Below are positions 37,509 through 49,646 of a stretch of DNA of 64,000 nucleotides, in pieces. Position numbers and translations under genes: made by a program. Numbering within the stretch: position 1 is the stretch's first letter; every line of letters starts with the position of its first letter. Under the pieces are notes generated by a model that worked only from the letters and a program-made list of their open reading frames with translations, had not been told where the DNA came from and did no database searches. This stretch comes from Eledone cirrhosa (Eukaryota): NCBI GenBank assembly GCA_964016885.1, contig OZ024743.1:310434001-310498000 (forward strand), given 5' to 3'.

Positions 37509-39323
37509 TAGATAGATATAACATTTGTGAATTTGGTGTAATCATATGGCTTTACATATTTAATAACTTATCTGATTCATTCTATTCCAAGTCTTACAAC
37601 ATAAGTTGTTATACAATAACCTGTTTCCTTATAGTTACTGGATTAAAAAGAAGCTGTAAAAAGTATATGTAAGCTCACACATTTATGGGTGTAAATCCTT
37701 CAGTGAAATCCCGTGCTACAGAGTTTTAGTGCGCAATTTACGATATGGTATAATTCTTTCAAAGCCGGTAAATTGGCAGAGTGGTTAGAACGTTGGATAG
37801 AATGCTTTGCAGTATTCATTTCAGTCGAGGTCAACTTTGCCTTTCATATACTGGAGGCCAGTAAAAAAAAGTACGTGTCTAGTACTGGGGTCAATTATTC
37901 CTCTATATCTCTTTCTCGCGTCTGTTCTCTCCCTATCTAGCTATCTGCCGTATTCAGACCTGGAGAGTGATGGGTACCGCCAGGTTTTAAACTGTTCTAG
38001 AAATGCCGTATGCCAATATGCCGCTCCTAACGACTCCTTCATGAGTAACTATATGCCACTAAACATGTTGTCCAACGTTCTACTGATACTGCCAATCTAC
38101 TGCCCTCATTGTGTAATATAATAATCATTTCGTTTTCTTTTTATTTATTTATTTATTTATTAATATAGTAACGCATATTTTTTCATTCATTGTTCCACAG
38201 ACTGTGTCATGTTTTCTTATCAACTGAGATTTGTCATCTTCAAACAATCCATATTCTTATGTGTATATATATATATATTATATGTGTGTGTATAAGCGTG
38301 TGTATGTGTGTGTGTCTGAGTGTGTGTGTGTATGTGTGTGTATTTGTGTGTGTGTGCAAAGGCATATGGATGTGTGCGGGGTGGGTGTATCTTATCATTG
38401 TGGATAAAGTATTCGCTACCCACTCATCAGATCTTCACTCATTCGATCCCACTCCCGTTGTATTTTTGTGAGGTGTCTTTGTCTCGTTTGACCCCAACCT
38501 TCTATGTGTATAAGCCCTATATATAGTTGCCAGTCATTTCTAAATCACTAGTGCTGTTTTTCTAGAAGATTCAGTGATAATTATGCTCCTCATTTAACTC
38601 AATGTCGGTGTATATTTAGCGTTTTGATCCATTCATGAACATGTTTTTTATGGATTTCTGATAATAGATGCATGTGTTTCAAAACATAGAAATTGATGAT
38701 TCAAGACTCAGGGAAACATGGCTGCTATTTCTAGCGGACAGAGTGATTACACCAAGTTGAGGCTCCTTACTTAGCTCAACAATTCTGTGTTTATTTCTAT
38801 TGGCGTATTTTACCGAGTGTTTCAGCGATGGTTAGACGAATTATTTCTCGGCGAAATGTAGGTTTCACTTAAAAAACCTCGTTCTAATAAAAACTGATGG
38901 AGGGTTTGTGGTTTTTCTCACATCTGGTTGCTCTTTGAACGTTATTTCTGTTTTATATGGAAAAAAGTGGCTCGAAATGCTAGGTTTTTAGAGAAGTAAT
39001 TTGGTTGGTTGGGTGGTGAATAAGTATAATAAATTTCGCGCCAGTTCGCGTTACAAAGTTCTTATTATATTTTTTTATATATGAGTGAAGTTTGGTTGGT
39101 TGATGCAGTCACGATGCACATCAGCTTTCGCGCCAGTTTGTGTTTGAATTTCTTTTTACATATATATATTCATTGAACTTTGGTGGTTCACAACTGGATA
39201 GAACTAGTCATTCCGGATAGTTAACCATGATGTAATAGTATAAAAATCACTCGACGTTACGCAACTGATCCGTATTTAATGTTGAATCCTGTTGGTGGCG
39301 CGGGAACTGAGTTAGTTATTATG

Positions 39324-39439
39324 GAATAAAATGACAGGGGGCCGAACTGGTGACATTCCTTCAAAGTTTTATTGTTGCAAAAACAAAAGAACAAAAGTTT
39401 GAAGGAATTTCACCAGCCTGGTCTCATGTCATTTTATTC
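39324..39439. repeat. Imperfect fold-back next to a partial hammerhead 3' half (39460-39490)
   Basis: GAATAAAATGACA..CTGGTGACATTCCTTCAAA / TTTGAAGGAATTTCACCAG..TGTCATTTTATTC. The downstream CTAGCTGTCGAAACGG resembles 59071-59087. Confidence 0.7.
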
Positions 39440-39814
39440 GATAAGTTCGGATCTAGCTGTCGAAACGGCCGGAGCTCAGACGTTGGGTTCCTGACTCTTT
39501 TCCTATATATATATATATAAAGAGAGAGAGAGAAGGAGGGAAGCGACGGAGAGAGACAGTAAAGGGAGAATATCGGTCCCAGTACTGAAATGTTACTTTC
39601 TTATAGACCTCAAATGGCGATGCTAGCCTTAGCTGGATTTGAACTCTAAGTGTAAAGAAGCAAAAGGAATAACGCTAAATGTTCTATACGACATTCTACT
39701 AACCCCACTAATTCACTACGATAAAGGTGCACTCTGGATATTACTGGTACCTAATTACAGTCGACTTAGTAAAGTGCTGGAAATAGGTGACCACTCTACC
39801 TTTTGATATGACGA

Positions 39815-40440
39815 TATTGTTGTTAATGCTGTTGTTGTGGTTGTAATCTTTGATTTGTTATTGATAGTGTTAATTTTGATGTGGTTGTTTATTTTGTTGT
39901 TGATTTTGACGTTGTTGTTTTTGTTGAATTTGTTGTTAGTTTTGATGTTGTTATTGTCGATTTTGTTATTGTTATTGTTGATTTTGTTTTTGTTATTGTT
40001 GATTTTGTTGTTGTTATTGTTGATTTTGTTGTTGTTGTTGTTGCTTCTGCTGCTCCTGCTGTTGTCACAGCATGTGCCGCTGTTGCTGCTGCTCTTGTTG
40101 CCACAGCTGCTGCTGCTGATGTTACCACTACTGTTGCTACTGTTGCTACTGCCGTTACTGTTGCTACCGTTGCTACTGTTGATACAGCTGTTGCCACTGC
40201 TGCTACTGTTGCTATTGTTACTGTGGTACTGCCGCTGATATTGCTGATGTTGCTGTTGCGACTGTTGCTTCTGTTGTCACGGCTGCTGTTGTTGCTATTG
40301 TTGCTGCTGCTGTTGCCACTGCGGCTACTGTTGCTATTGTTGTTACTGTTGATACTGCCGCTGATATTGCCACCATTGCTGTTGTTGGTATTTTTGCTGC
40401 TACTGTTGCCAGTGCTGCTACTGCTCATTCTTTTGTTGGT
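39815..40440. repeat. Low-complexity GTT/GCT tract with 21-bp and 9/18-bp minisatellites
   Basis: TTGTTGATTTTGTTGTTGTTA-like units. The ORFs are compositional; possibly a LINE ORF1 relic. Confidence 0.75.
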
Positions 40441-40906
40441 CAATCGCAAGTCAGGTCTTATTTTGTTTTCAGGAAAAGAAGACTTGAAACTACATAATCA
40501 AATATGACATTTGTTGTTTTAGGATGATAGGTTGTCATTTGAGGAAAATTTGGCTATTATTTACCAATTTTAAGCTACTATATACAGAACTCGTTGGATC
40601 TCTTTTAATTTAGATATTTACGGTAGGTGTCATTGCTATCTGATCGTGACGATCAGATAGAATGTTTTGATTGAAGGGAATGTAACTACAATATTTAGGA
40701 GGTCAAGCAACAATACACAAGCATACTGGTTGTTCTCGTTTCCTGTAGACATTTATGATAGAGGTTAAGAACCGAAACTCTTGTTAAAGGGGGTTTTCTT
40801 CTCTGAAAACCTTCTGCTATCCAACTCTCCTGAGATTTTCTTACAACCAACTATCACTTATTGTATTTATATATTTCTGTCATTTATATATTATGTCATA
40901 TACTGA

Positions 40907-41320
40907 GGGTGGTGGATTGGCAGTATCGGTAGAGCGTCGGACACCAAGCTTCGCATTAAGCGTTACGGTCTTTTAAGTAATGATGTCCAATCCTGCCTTT
41001 CATCCTTACAGGGTCGATAAAATAAAGCACTTGCAATGTACTGGAGGTCGATTTAATCGGCTTTCCCCTCCCCCGAAATTGTTTGCCTTATACCTAAATC
41101 AGAAAACATTAAGGGCGGTCTATTGGCAGTATCGGTAGAACATCGGACAATATGCTTTGCGGCATAGAGTTATGGACCTTGGCGTTGTGACTTCAAATCC
41201 TGCCTTTCATCATTACGGGGGCTCTATAAAATGAAACACCAGTAACGCATTGGGGTCGATTTAATCGGCTTTCTCCTCTCTCTCAAAACTGTTGGCCTTC
41301 TGCCTAAATCAGAAACCATT
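40907..41320 (+). mobile_element. Two tandem older SINE copies
   Basis: TTGGCAGTATCGGTAGA heads at ~40917 and 41123; tails CCTAAATCAGAAA.CATTA. Confidence 0.8.
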
Positions 41321-42127
41321 ATTTCAAATAGTGATAACCAGATATTGGTACTATTATTGTAAAGAACATATATTGTATACTAATGCTTTCTAGCTATTTG
41401 CCGAAGATTCACTGCCACATTATTTTCTTTTGTTCTGGCTTAGTATTCCCAAGTTACACGTTCTGCTTTTTACAATGTGTCTCATAAAATAATTTCTCGA
41501 CTGTTCCGATGTAGTGATAGACATTAAGTTGATATTAGATCATTAATAGATATGACGGCCGACGGATTCGTTACTAGTTGTTTTTCCACAATCTTATTCT
41601 GAACAATAAGATCTGATAATACACTTATAATAGGAAGTAATATACTTTGATAATTTCAGTTGACAATAGCATACTTTCATATGTGGGCTTCTATTTACCA
41701 GAATCCGTTATTGATTTTTCTATTGAAGTCTACTACGACAGATATGACTGTGTGAAAAGGTTGTGTTTCGAATCGACGAGCGTGCATGTAATGACATCGG
41801 TGCTCTGAGGCGACCTATCATTGGATAACTAAACCATGTGTAAATATTTATACGAGGCTTGGAAAACAAACAACTGAAGTAGAAAGGTGTCCACATTTCA
41901 TTAAATCTATTAAAAGCTCACACAATTTTAGTCACAGTCACGCTCTCGTCTCGTGTAACGAAACCTTATCACACATTATGTGTATGCAATATATTTAAAT
42001 AAAGTAAACCAAATCTATGATGGGATTCTGATTCAAATCTGAATCAAGGTTACTTCCCGTTTAGAATACAACTCTAATATTTTTGAGAAAAGCATGAATA
42101 CTATCTCTCATGTTATACTTATGTATG

Positions 42128-44052
42128 TTCTTCTGGTTTTATAATTTCACAAAGTTTTACCAATAGAGAGAGAGTCGGTTTCTAACATAGACACAAGACT
42201 CTCTCATTGGAATTTACAGATCGACTAGTTAGATTATGTATTCATGCATGTGTAGATATGGATGTTATTGTATGTGTGGATGTGGATGTTTTGAGTTGTA
42301 TGTGTGCATGTGTATATGCTTTGCATCTGTACATGTGTATATGCAGTTATTAGATGCAACATTTTTGGAAAGTTTTACACATTTTTACTGTTCCATTAAT
42401 GGATAGTATTTGTAATTTCCTAACTAGTTGTGTTCTTTCTGTTCCTGTGAAGCCTAGCTTCTCAAGATTTGAATTGAGGCAGTTACTAACATACCCCAGT
42501 GCTCCAATAATCACAGGAATAAATCTGAAGGCATATTCAGAGTGGAGTATCTGCAGATTTTTCATCAGTTCTGCATAAATATTCTCCTTTTCACTAATAT
42601 TTAATATTATATTGGCATCTGCTGGGCAGCTAATTTCCACTACTGTGCATGCTTTCTTCTCCCTGTCCCATATCATAATATCTGGTCTGTTATGCCTGCA
42701 TTTTATTGGGGTTTTTACTGGAACATTCCACCAGTACTCTTTCATATTACGTACATGGATGTTTTCCACATTGCTGTAGCTTTTAATGTGTTTATTATCG
42801 GGGCTATCTTTTTTTGCGAACTGCATTGTACTGTGTTTTGGCCACTACATCATGCCTCATGGGTAGATAGTACCGCGATGACATCTTTGGAGAGCTGCTG
42901 ATGACATGGGTGATATCCTCGATGTTAGTTCTGCAGAGTCTGCACTTGTTATCACATCTAGGTGTTTTGCCTGCATACCTATCTCTTTCGTGAATCAGGT
43001 ATTTCGTGTTAATCTCCTGTTCTTGGATTGCAAAAGCGTATCCTTCAAAGTGGGAGCCAATATAGCAGTTGTTGTTCCAAGATAGACTACCTTCCTTATC
43101 CATATTAGTCTCACTCTGGAGCTTCCTGGTAACATATCCATGCATGATTTTTTGCTGATAAGCATGCAGTTTTTTATCCATAGATTCACTGCCATACTGC
43201 TGAGCGACTTCGCTGGGTGTGAATTTTTGATTGTCACACAGGGAATATCTCTCGAGGATTTCCTTCCCAACTCTCATGATCTTATCTGTTTCATGCAGAT
43301 AGACTTGCTCGAGAAACGGACTCCTACTCTTCGAGGTTCGTAGATGCTGTTGGAGACATATGATGCGACATTCAAATGTTGTCTGGACTGATGTTAGGCT
43401 TCTGCCTCCCTGCTTACGTTTCAAGTCTATGTCACTGTTGATGTGAAAGTTTCCGGTGTTGTTTAGTATTTTTCGAGTTCCAACATCAACTGCTCGGATT
43501 TCGTTTATCGTCCAATTGAGTATTCCAAACGTTGGTGTTAGGACAGGCACAGCAAACACATTGTGAGCCACTGTTTTGTTTTACGCAGAGAGTTCCGATG
43601 ACCATATCTTTCTTAATCGGGTGTAGTATTCCCTGGTTACGCGTTCTTTATTACAGATACCATTATAGGATATGTTCTCATCTATCCCCAGGTATCTGTA
43701 TCAGTCCTCATCAGATATCGGTGAAACACTTAGGCCTTTGATCGTAATGTTACTAGATTGGGTTGTTGTTTTTCCCCGCTTTACAGTCATGTATGAGTAT
43801 TTATCTAGGCGAAACTCCATTCCTATATCCTATGAGAACGTTGCAACCAGGTCAAGATTTTTCTTCATCCCATCCATGTTCTTGGAATAGAGTTTCAGAT
43901 CGTCCACAAAGAAATTATGGGTTAGGTTCGTATTTCTGTCCTGTGAGCCAATGATGTATTCCTCACATTTCTTGAGCAGAAAGGACAAGGGGTTTAATGA
44001 CAAGATGAATAATATCACACAGAGACTGTCCCCCTGAAATATACCCCTGAAA
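42128..44052 (-). mobile_element. R4/Dong-like family D3, 5'-truncated copy
   Basis: GIFQGDSL, FVDDLKLY, CRLC..EDITHVISS, RHD, RPDIMIWD..VEISCP. The 3' end abuts CATACAT. Confidence 0.9.
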
Positions 44053-44082
44053 TATATATATATATTTTTTTTTGTATGTATG

Positions 44083-47000
44083 TTCTTCTGGTTTTATAAT
44101 TTCACAAAGTGTTACCAATAGAGAGAGAGTCGGTTTCTAACATAGACACCAGACTCTCTCATTGAAATTTACACAACATCAACTAGGTATGTATGTATGT
44201 ATGGATGCATGTGTAGATATGGATGTTATTGTATGTGTGGATGTGGATGTTTTGAGTTGTATATGTGCATGTGTATATGTTTTGCATCGGTATATGTGTA
44301 TATGCAGTTATTAGATGCAAAATCTTTGGAATGTCTTACATAATTTTACTGTTCCCTTAATGGATTGTACTTATAATTTCCTAACTAGTTGTGTTCTTTC
44401 TGTTCCTGTGAAGCCTAGCTTCTCAATATTTGTATTGAGGCAGTTACTAACATATCCCAGTGCCCCAATAATCAAAGGCATAAATCTGAAGGTGTAATCA
44501 GGGTGGAGTATCTGCAGATTTCTCATCAGTTCTGCATAAATGTTCTCCTTTTCACTAATCTTTGATATTATATTGGCATCTGCTGGGCAGCTAATTTCCA
44601 CTACTGTGCATGCTTTCTTCTCCCTGTGCCATATCATAATATCTGGTCTGTTATGCCTGCATTTTATTGGGGTTTTTACTGGAACATTCCACCAGTACTC
44701 TTTCATATAATGTACATGGATGTCTTCCACATTGCTTTAGTTTTAATGTGTTTATTATCGGGGCTATCCTTTTTACGAACTGCATTGTACAGTGTTTTGG
44801 CCACTACATCATGCCTCATAGGTAGATAGTACCGCGATGACATCTTTAGGCAGCTGCTGATGACATGGGTGATATCCTCGATGTTAGTTCTGCAGAGTTA
44901 TCGCATCTAGGTGTTTTGCCTGCATCCATATCTCTTTTGTGAATCAGGTATTTCGTGCTGATCTCCTATTCCTGGATTGCAAAAGCGCATCCTTCAAAGT
45001 GGGAGCCAATACAGCGGTTGTTGGTCCAAGATAGACTACTTTCCTTATCTATATTACTCTCACTCTGGAGCTTCCTGGCAACATATCCATGTATGATTTT
45101 TTGATGATAGGCATGCAGTTTTTCATCCATGGATTCACTGCGATAATGCTGAGCGACATCCATGGGTGTGAGTTTTTGATTATCACACAGGGAATATCTC
45201 TCGAGGATATCCTTCCCAACTCTCATGTTCTTATCTGTTTCATGCAGATAGACTTGCTCGAGAAACGGCTCCTACGCTTCGAGGTTCGTAGATGTTGTCG
45301 GAGAGATATGATGCGACATTCAAATGTTGTCTGGACTGAGGTTAGATCTCGTCTATCTTCCATTTGAGTATTCCAAAAGTTGCTGTTAGGACAGGCACAG
45401 CAAACACATTGTGAGCCACTGTTTTGTTTTGCGCAGAGAGTTCCGATGACTAGATCTTTCTTAATCTGGTGTAGTATTTCTTGGTTACGCTTTCTTTATT
45501 ACATATACCATTATAGGATATGTTCTCATCTATCCCCGGGTATCTGTAGAAAGTCCTCATCAGATATCGGTGAAACAGTTAGGCCATTGATGACAATGTT
45601 GCTATATTGGGTTGTTGTTTTTCCCCGCTTTACAGTCATGTATGAGCATTTATCTTGGCCAAACTCCATTCCTATATCGTTTGAGAACGTTGTAACCAGG
45701 TCAAGATTTTTCTTCATCCCATCCATGTTCTTGGCATAGAGTTTCAGATAGTCCACAAAGAAATTATGGGTTAGGTTCGTATTTCTGTCCTCCTGTGAGC
45801 CAATGATGTATCAGTCACATTTCTTGACCAGAAAGGACAAGGGGTTTAATGACAAGATGAATAATATCACAGAGAGACTATCCCCGTGAAATATACCCCT
45901 GCAATATTTTATTTTATCAGTGAAAATAGAGTCCTCCCTCTCTGTCTTTAACCTTAGGATAGTAGCCCAAGAAGAAGACAGCCTCTCTATGGCTCTGACA
46001 ATAATGTCAGGGACTTAAGCAAGTTGGAGGGCCTCTATCATACAAGAGTGGGGAACATAATCAAAAGCTTTCCTGTAGTCCAGCCAAACTGTAGTCATAT
46101 TCCTCCTGATTTGTCGCACGTCCGACATCGCAGTTTTGTTGATTAGGGGTTGTTCAGCACATCCCCGAACCCATTTCTTTCCAGCTGCTTGCTCATCTGT
46201 GATGATGTTATTATTTTCACAGTGATCTTGGAGGAATAGCTTCAGGCAGGCTGTATACATCTTATACATCAGGTTTTGGCATGCAATGGGTCGGTAGTTT
46301 TTTGCCAAGTGGGTGTTTTTGTTCTTGGGGACCAGTAATGTTTGTGCTAATGTCAACCATTCTGGTATAAGTGTATCTCCCTTAAGAACTTGTTGGTAGA
46401 GGTCAGTAAGATACCTCCGATAGAATATCAGTTTTTTGAACCAGTAGCTGACAATCATGTCTCTTCCTAGTGTTTTCTTATCTTGGAGTTTTCCTATCAC
46501 AGTCTCAAGGGTACCCTCACTTATTTCGTATGTTTTTGTTGTAGTGTAGGAGCAATAGTTCTTTCGGATTTCTCTTAGCCACACTGCATCTTGGTTGAAA
46601 TTCTTCTTTTCATCCCATATTTTGCTCCAAAAGGTATCTATGTCTTTCTGGGATGGGGCCTCATTGACACTTATTATTTTGCCCTTCATATCTCTATAGA
46701 CTGATGTTTGGTTTCGTCTGAATCTTTTATTAAGCACTTTTCTCTCATCTACCTTCTTCTAGTATCTGCGTTTTTCGCTAACAGCTCTCAATTCTTGTTT
46801 GAGGGTGATCAGCTTATATTGAAGAGTTCTGGTTCTACTGTTACCAAACATCGTCTCTATTTTATTTTTCACTCTTTGTTGGTGAGGAGTGAGGTTTTTT
46901 TGTGTTTGTTTGCATGTAAGGAGCATTGTCACATATCCTATGTTTTTTCGTAGGTCAGCAATCTTTCTTTCCATTTTAGTTATATATGATGGTATTTTTG

Positions 47001-48224
47001 ATGGTGTTTTGTTCTTGTTAATATCTCTACTATCACCAAGATAATGCTTCACTGTCATTGCTAAGACATATAAACAGGCGTTGATTTGCCAAAATGTTGG
47101 GGGTTTTATCCGTCGTAAATATTCATCCCCTATTTCGTCAATAACACGTAATATTTCATTATTTGATTTTTTATTCAACATTGTCGTTTTAACACGTTCA
47201 GCAAGAGAGATATTTATACATGAGTTAATTTCTCTCTGGAAGATTTCATTGGGGGAAATTTTCAATTGTTTATACATTTGATTATCATTATCGATAGTAT
47301 TTTCCACAATAGTCGAGGTAGACTTGGATGGTACACGTGGTGTCAAATTTCTTCGATTATTATTATTATCGATAGTGTTTTCTCCAGCATTCGTGGTAGA
47401 CTTAGATGGTGCAGGTGGTGTCAAGTTTCTTACAGGCGTAGTTGTTTCAAGACGGTGTTCGACCTGGCTGCTAGGAATTCTAGCAGCATGGCGACCTGTA
47501 GCACGTGTTGTTGATAATATATTTGTTGTGGGGGACTTACAATTAATAATATTTATCTTATTTTTACGTTCAACAAACGTCGCTTGTTGGCGTAATTGTT
47601 TCACTGCGAAATAATTTAGCTCTGGGTGCATTTCGTCCCAGTGTAGCTTCATTCTATTCATATAGCCAATGGAGGGATTGTTTTTTGCCATTTTATAAGA
47701 ATTAAATAAATCATTATGCTTTCCAGCATAGTTACGTCCCCCTTAAGATCTGAGTTCAAATCCCGCCGACGTTAACTTTGCCTTTCATCTTTACGGGGGT
47801 CGATAAAATAAAGTACCAGTAACGTACTGGGTAATTGCTGGCCTTGTGCCAAAAGTAGAAACAATTATTAAGTTCGCAACTCCAAGAGAAATGCGATTTA
47901 TAATTTCGGTTTCTTCTGTAGCTACAACTGAACAAAGTTTGATTACCTTCCTTATTATTTGTCTTCGGTACTTCCTTAATTTGTTTGTTAATGTTGTATT
48001 CAGCCATGCTGTTTTTAGCAAATCCTTGTAACATGAATTATGTATTTAGTCGGATATCTCTACGAATTCGAATAAAAGGTGTCTTCAGAAGGGATAGTTA
48101 GAAGAATAACCAGTTATTCAACCTGACTGTAGTTGTGGCATTACTGTCGGAGATAGTATTCATCTTAAATTAAAAAAATAGTCTCCCACGCCAAAATATG
48201 CGACTGATCGCGTTGACTGTCTAT
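44083..48224 (-). mobile_element. R4/Dong-like family D3, near full-length decayed copy flanked by (TATG)n
   Basis: N-terminus 48007-46759, RT (NYRPIAC, WLDYRKAFD) 46015-46737, RLE 44371-44730. Interrupted by a SINE. Confidence 0.88.
47718..47863 (+). mobile_element. 5'-truncated SINE inserted in the D3 ORF with ATTAT TSD
   Basis: ATTAT at 47713-47717 and 47864-47868. Removing the SINE restores ..SCELNNDLFNSYKMAKN.. Confidence 0.88.
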
Positions 48225-48243
48225 ATGTATGTATGTACGTATG

Positions 48244-48274
<31 letters not shown>

Positions 48275-48619
48275 CACCTGCAACCCTGACGGTATCCAAT
48301 GATGTTGACTTGTTCTTCTTTTTGGTAAATATCATCTTGGTTAAGAGAATGGGACTGGCTTTGTGCAGTGCCTTTGCTCACTATAAAAGCTTCCCGGCAC
48401 AGGCATTGCTTTATATCTGGAGATCTCTCTGCACTTGTCGTCACATGGTACCATGGGCCCAGCACTATGTGTCAATATTTGTCACAAGTGTAGTGTTTGT
48501 ACCAGAGTTTTCAAGTCGCTGGCTGGACTAAAACGTCACACTCGTTCAGCGCATCGGTAGGGGTTCTCCTACATGGATATAAAGTAGTGGCCGTACTCGA
48601 AAACGAGTTGGCAGCCACC

Positions 48620-48688
48620 ATGTATGTATGTATGTATGTATGTATGTATGTATGTATGTATGTATGTATGTATGTATGTATGTATGTA

Positions 48689-48777
<89 letters not shown>
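48620..48777. repeat. (TATG)n/(TG)n microsatellite
   Basis: Seen directly. Confidence 0.95.
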
Positions 48778-48780
48778 AAG

Positions 48781-49020
48781 TTCTTCTGGTTTTATAATTC
48801 TATACATTTTTACCAATAGACTCATTTATTGGAATTTGAACAACATCAACTAGATACATATGTATGCCTGCGTATGTGTGTGTGCGTGGGTGCAAACATG
48901 GACGTTACTGTATGTGTGGATGCATAGGTTTTGGGTTATATGTGTGCTTGTGCAAATGTTTTGTACATGTGTAGATGCAGCTATTACATGCAAAATGTTT
49001 TGAATGTTTTACATATTTTT
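48781..49020 (-). mobile_element. Family D3 3'-end fragment (diverged)
   Basis: TTCTTCTGGTTTTATAATT.. 3' UTR and last codons homologous to 42128-42390; (TATG)n on both sides. Confidence 0.8.
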
Positions 49021-49429
49021 ATGTATGTATTTATGTAAATAGTTATGCATGTATGAATTGTATATGAATGTATGCACACACACATATATATATATATATA
49101 GAGAGAGAGAGAAAATTGAGGTTGGTAATGGCACATGGAATATATAAGAGACAGAATACTTTTTTGTGAAAAAACATAATTTTATAAGGTAAGGAAATAA
49201 TAAAGGGTATAAAAAATGACCGGTTTCGATGGGTCTGCAAAAGCCATCTTTTCAAATGTTGATTAATATTAAGAAAAATTAATAATACGAAGAGTTAAAA
49301 TTTGAGACTTGAAAATTTTGTTGCTACCAAGATGAAAACTACTATGAAATTCCACAATGAATTTTATACTTGAATTTTCAAGTCTCAAATTTTAACTCTT
49401 CGTATTATTAATTTTTCTTAATATTAATC

Positions 49430-49477
49430 AACATTTGAAAAGATGGCTTTTGCAGACCCATCGAAACCGGTCATTTT
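49430..49477 (+). ncRNA. Candidate minimal hammerhead, U3-A8 core variant, in pLTR (copies 54410-54457 + and 49213-49260 -)
   Basis: AACAT-TTGAAAA-GATGG cttttgcagac CCATC-GAAA-CCGG-TC-ATTTT: 5-bp stem II, palindromic stem III, GUC triplet; stem I is weak. Confidence 0.62.
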
Positions 49478-49646
49478 TTATACCCTTTATTATTTCCTTA
49501 CCTTATAAAATTATGTTTTTTCACAAAAAAGTATTCTGTCTCTTATATATTCCATGTGCCATTACCAACCTCAATTTTCTCTATAACCTTCGCTTTGTGT
49601 AGAAAATTACACTTTTCATATATACTAACCTACGCAAATCCGGAAA

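Noticed and set aside
39837-40507. Leu/Val-rich or mucin-like ORFs
   Set aside because: Open in several frames on both strands because of GTT/GCT low complexity; no domain evidence.
48100-48224. HDV-like ribozyme in the D3 5' UTR
   Set aside because: Partial P1/P3-like pairings only; no P1.1 GG or J4/2 could be placed.
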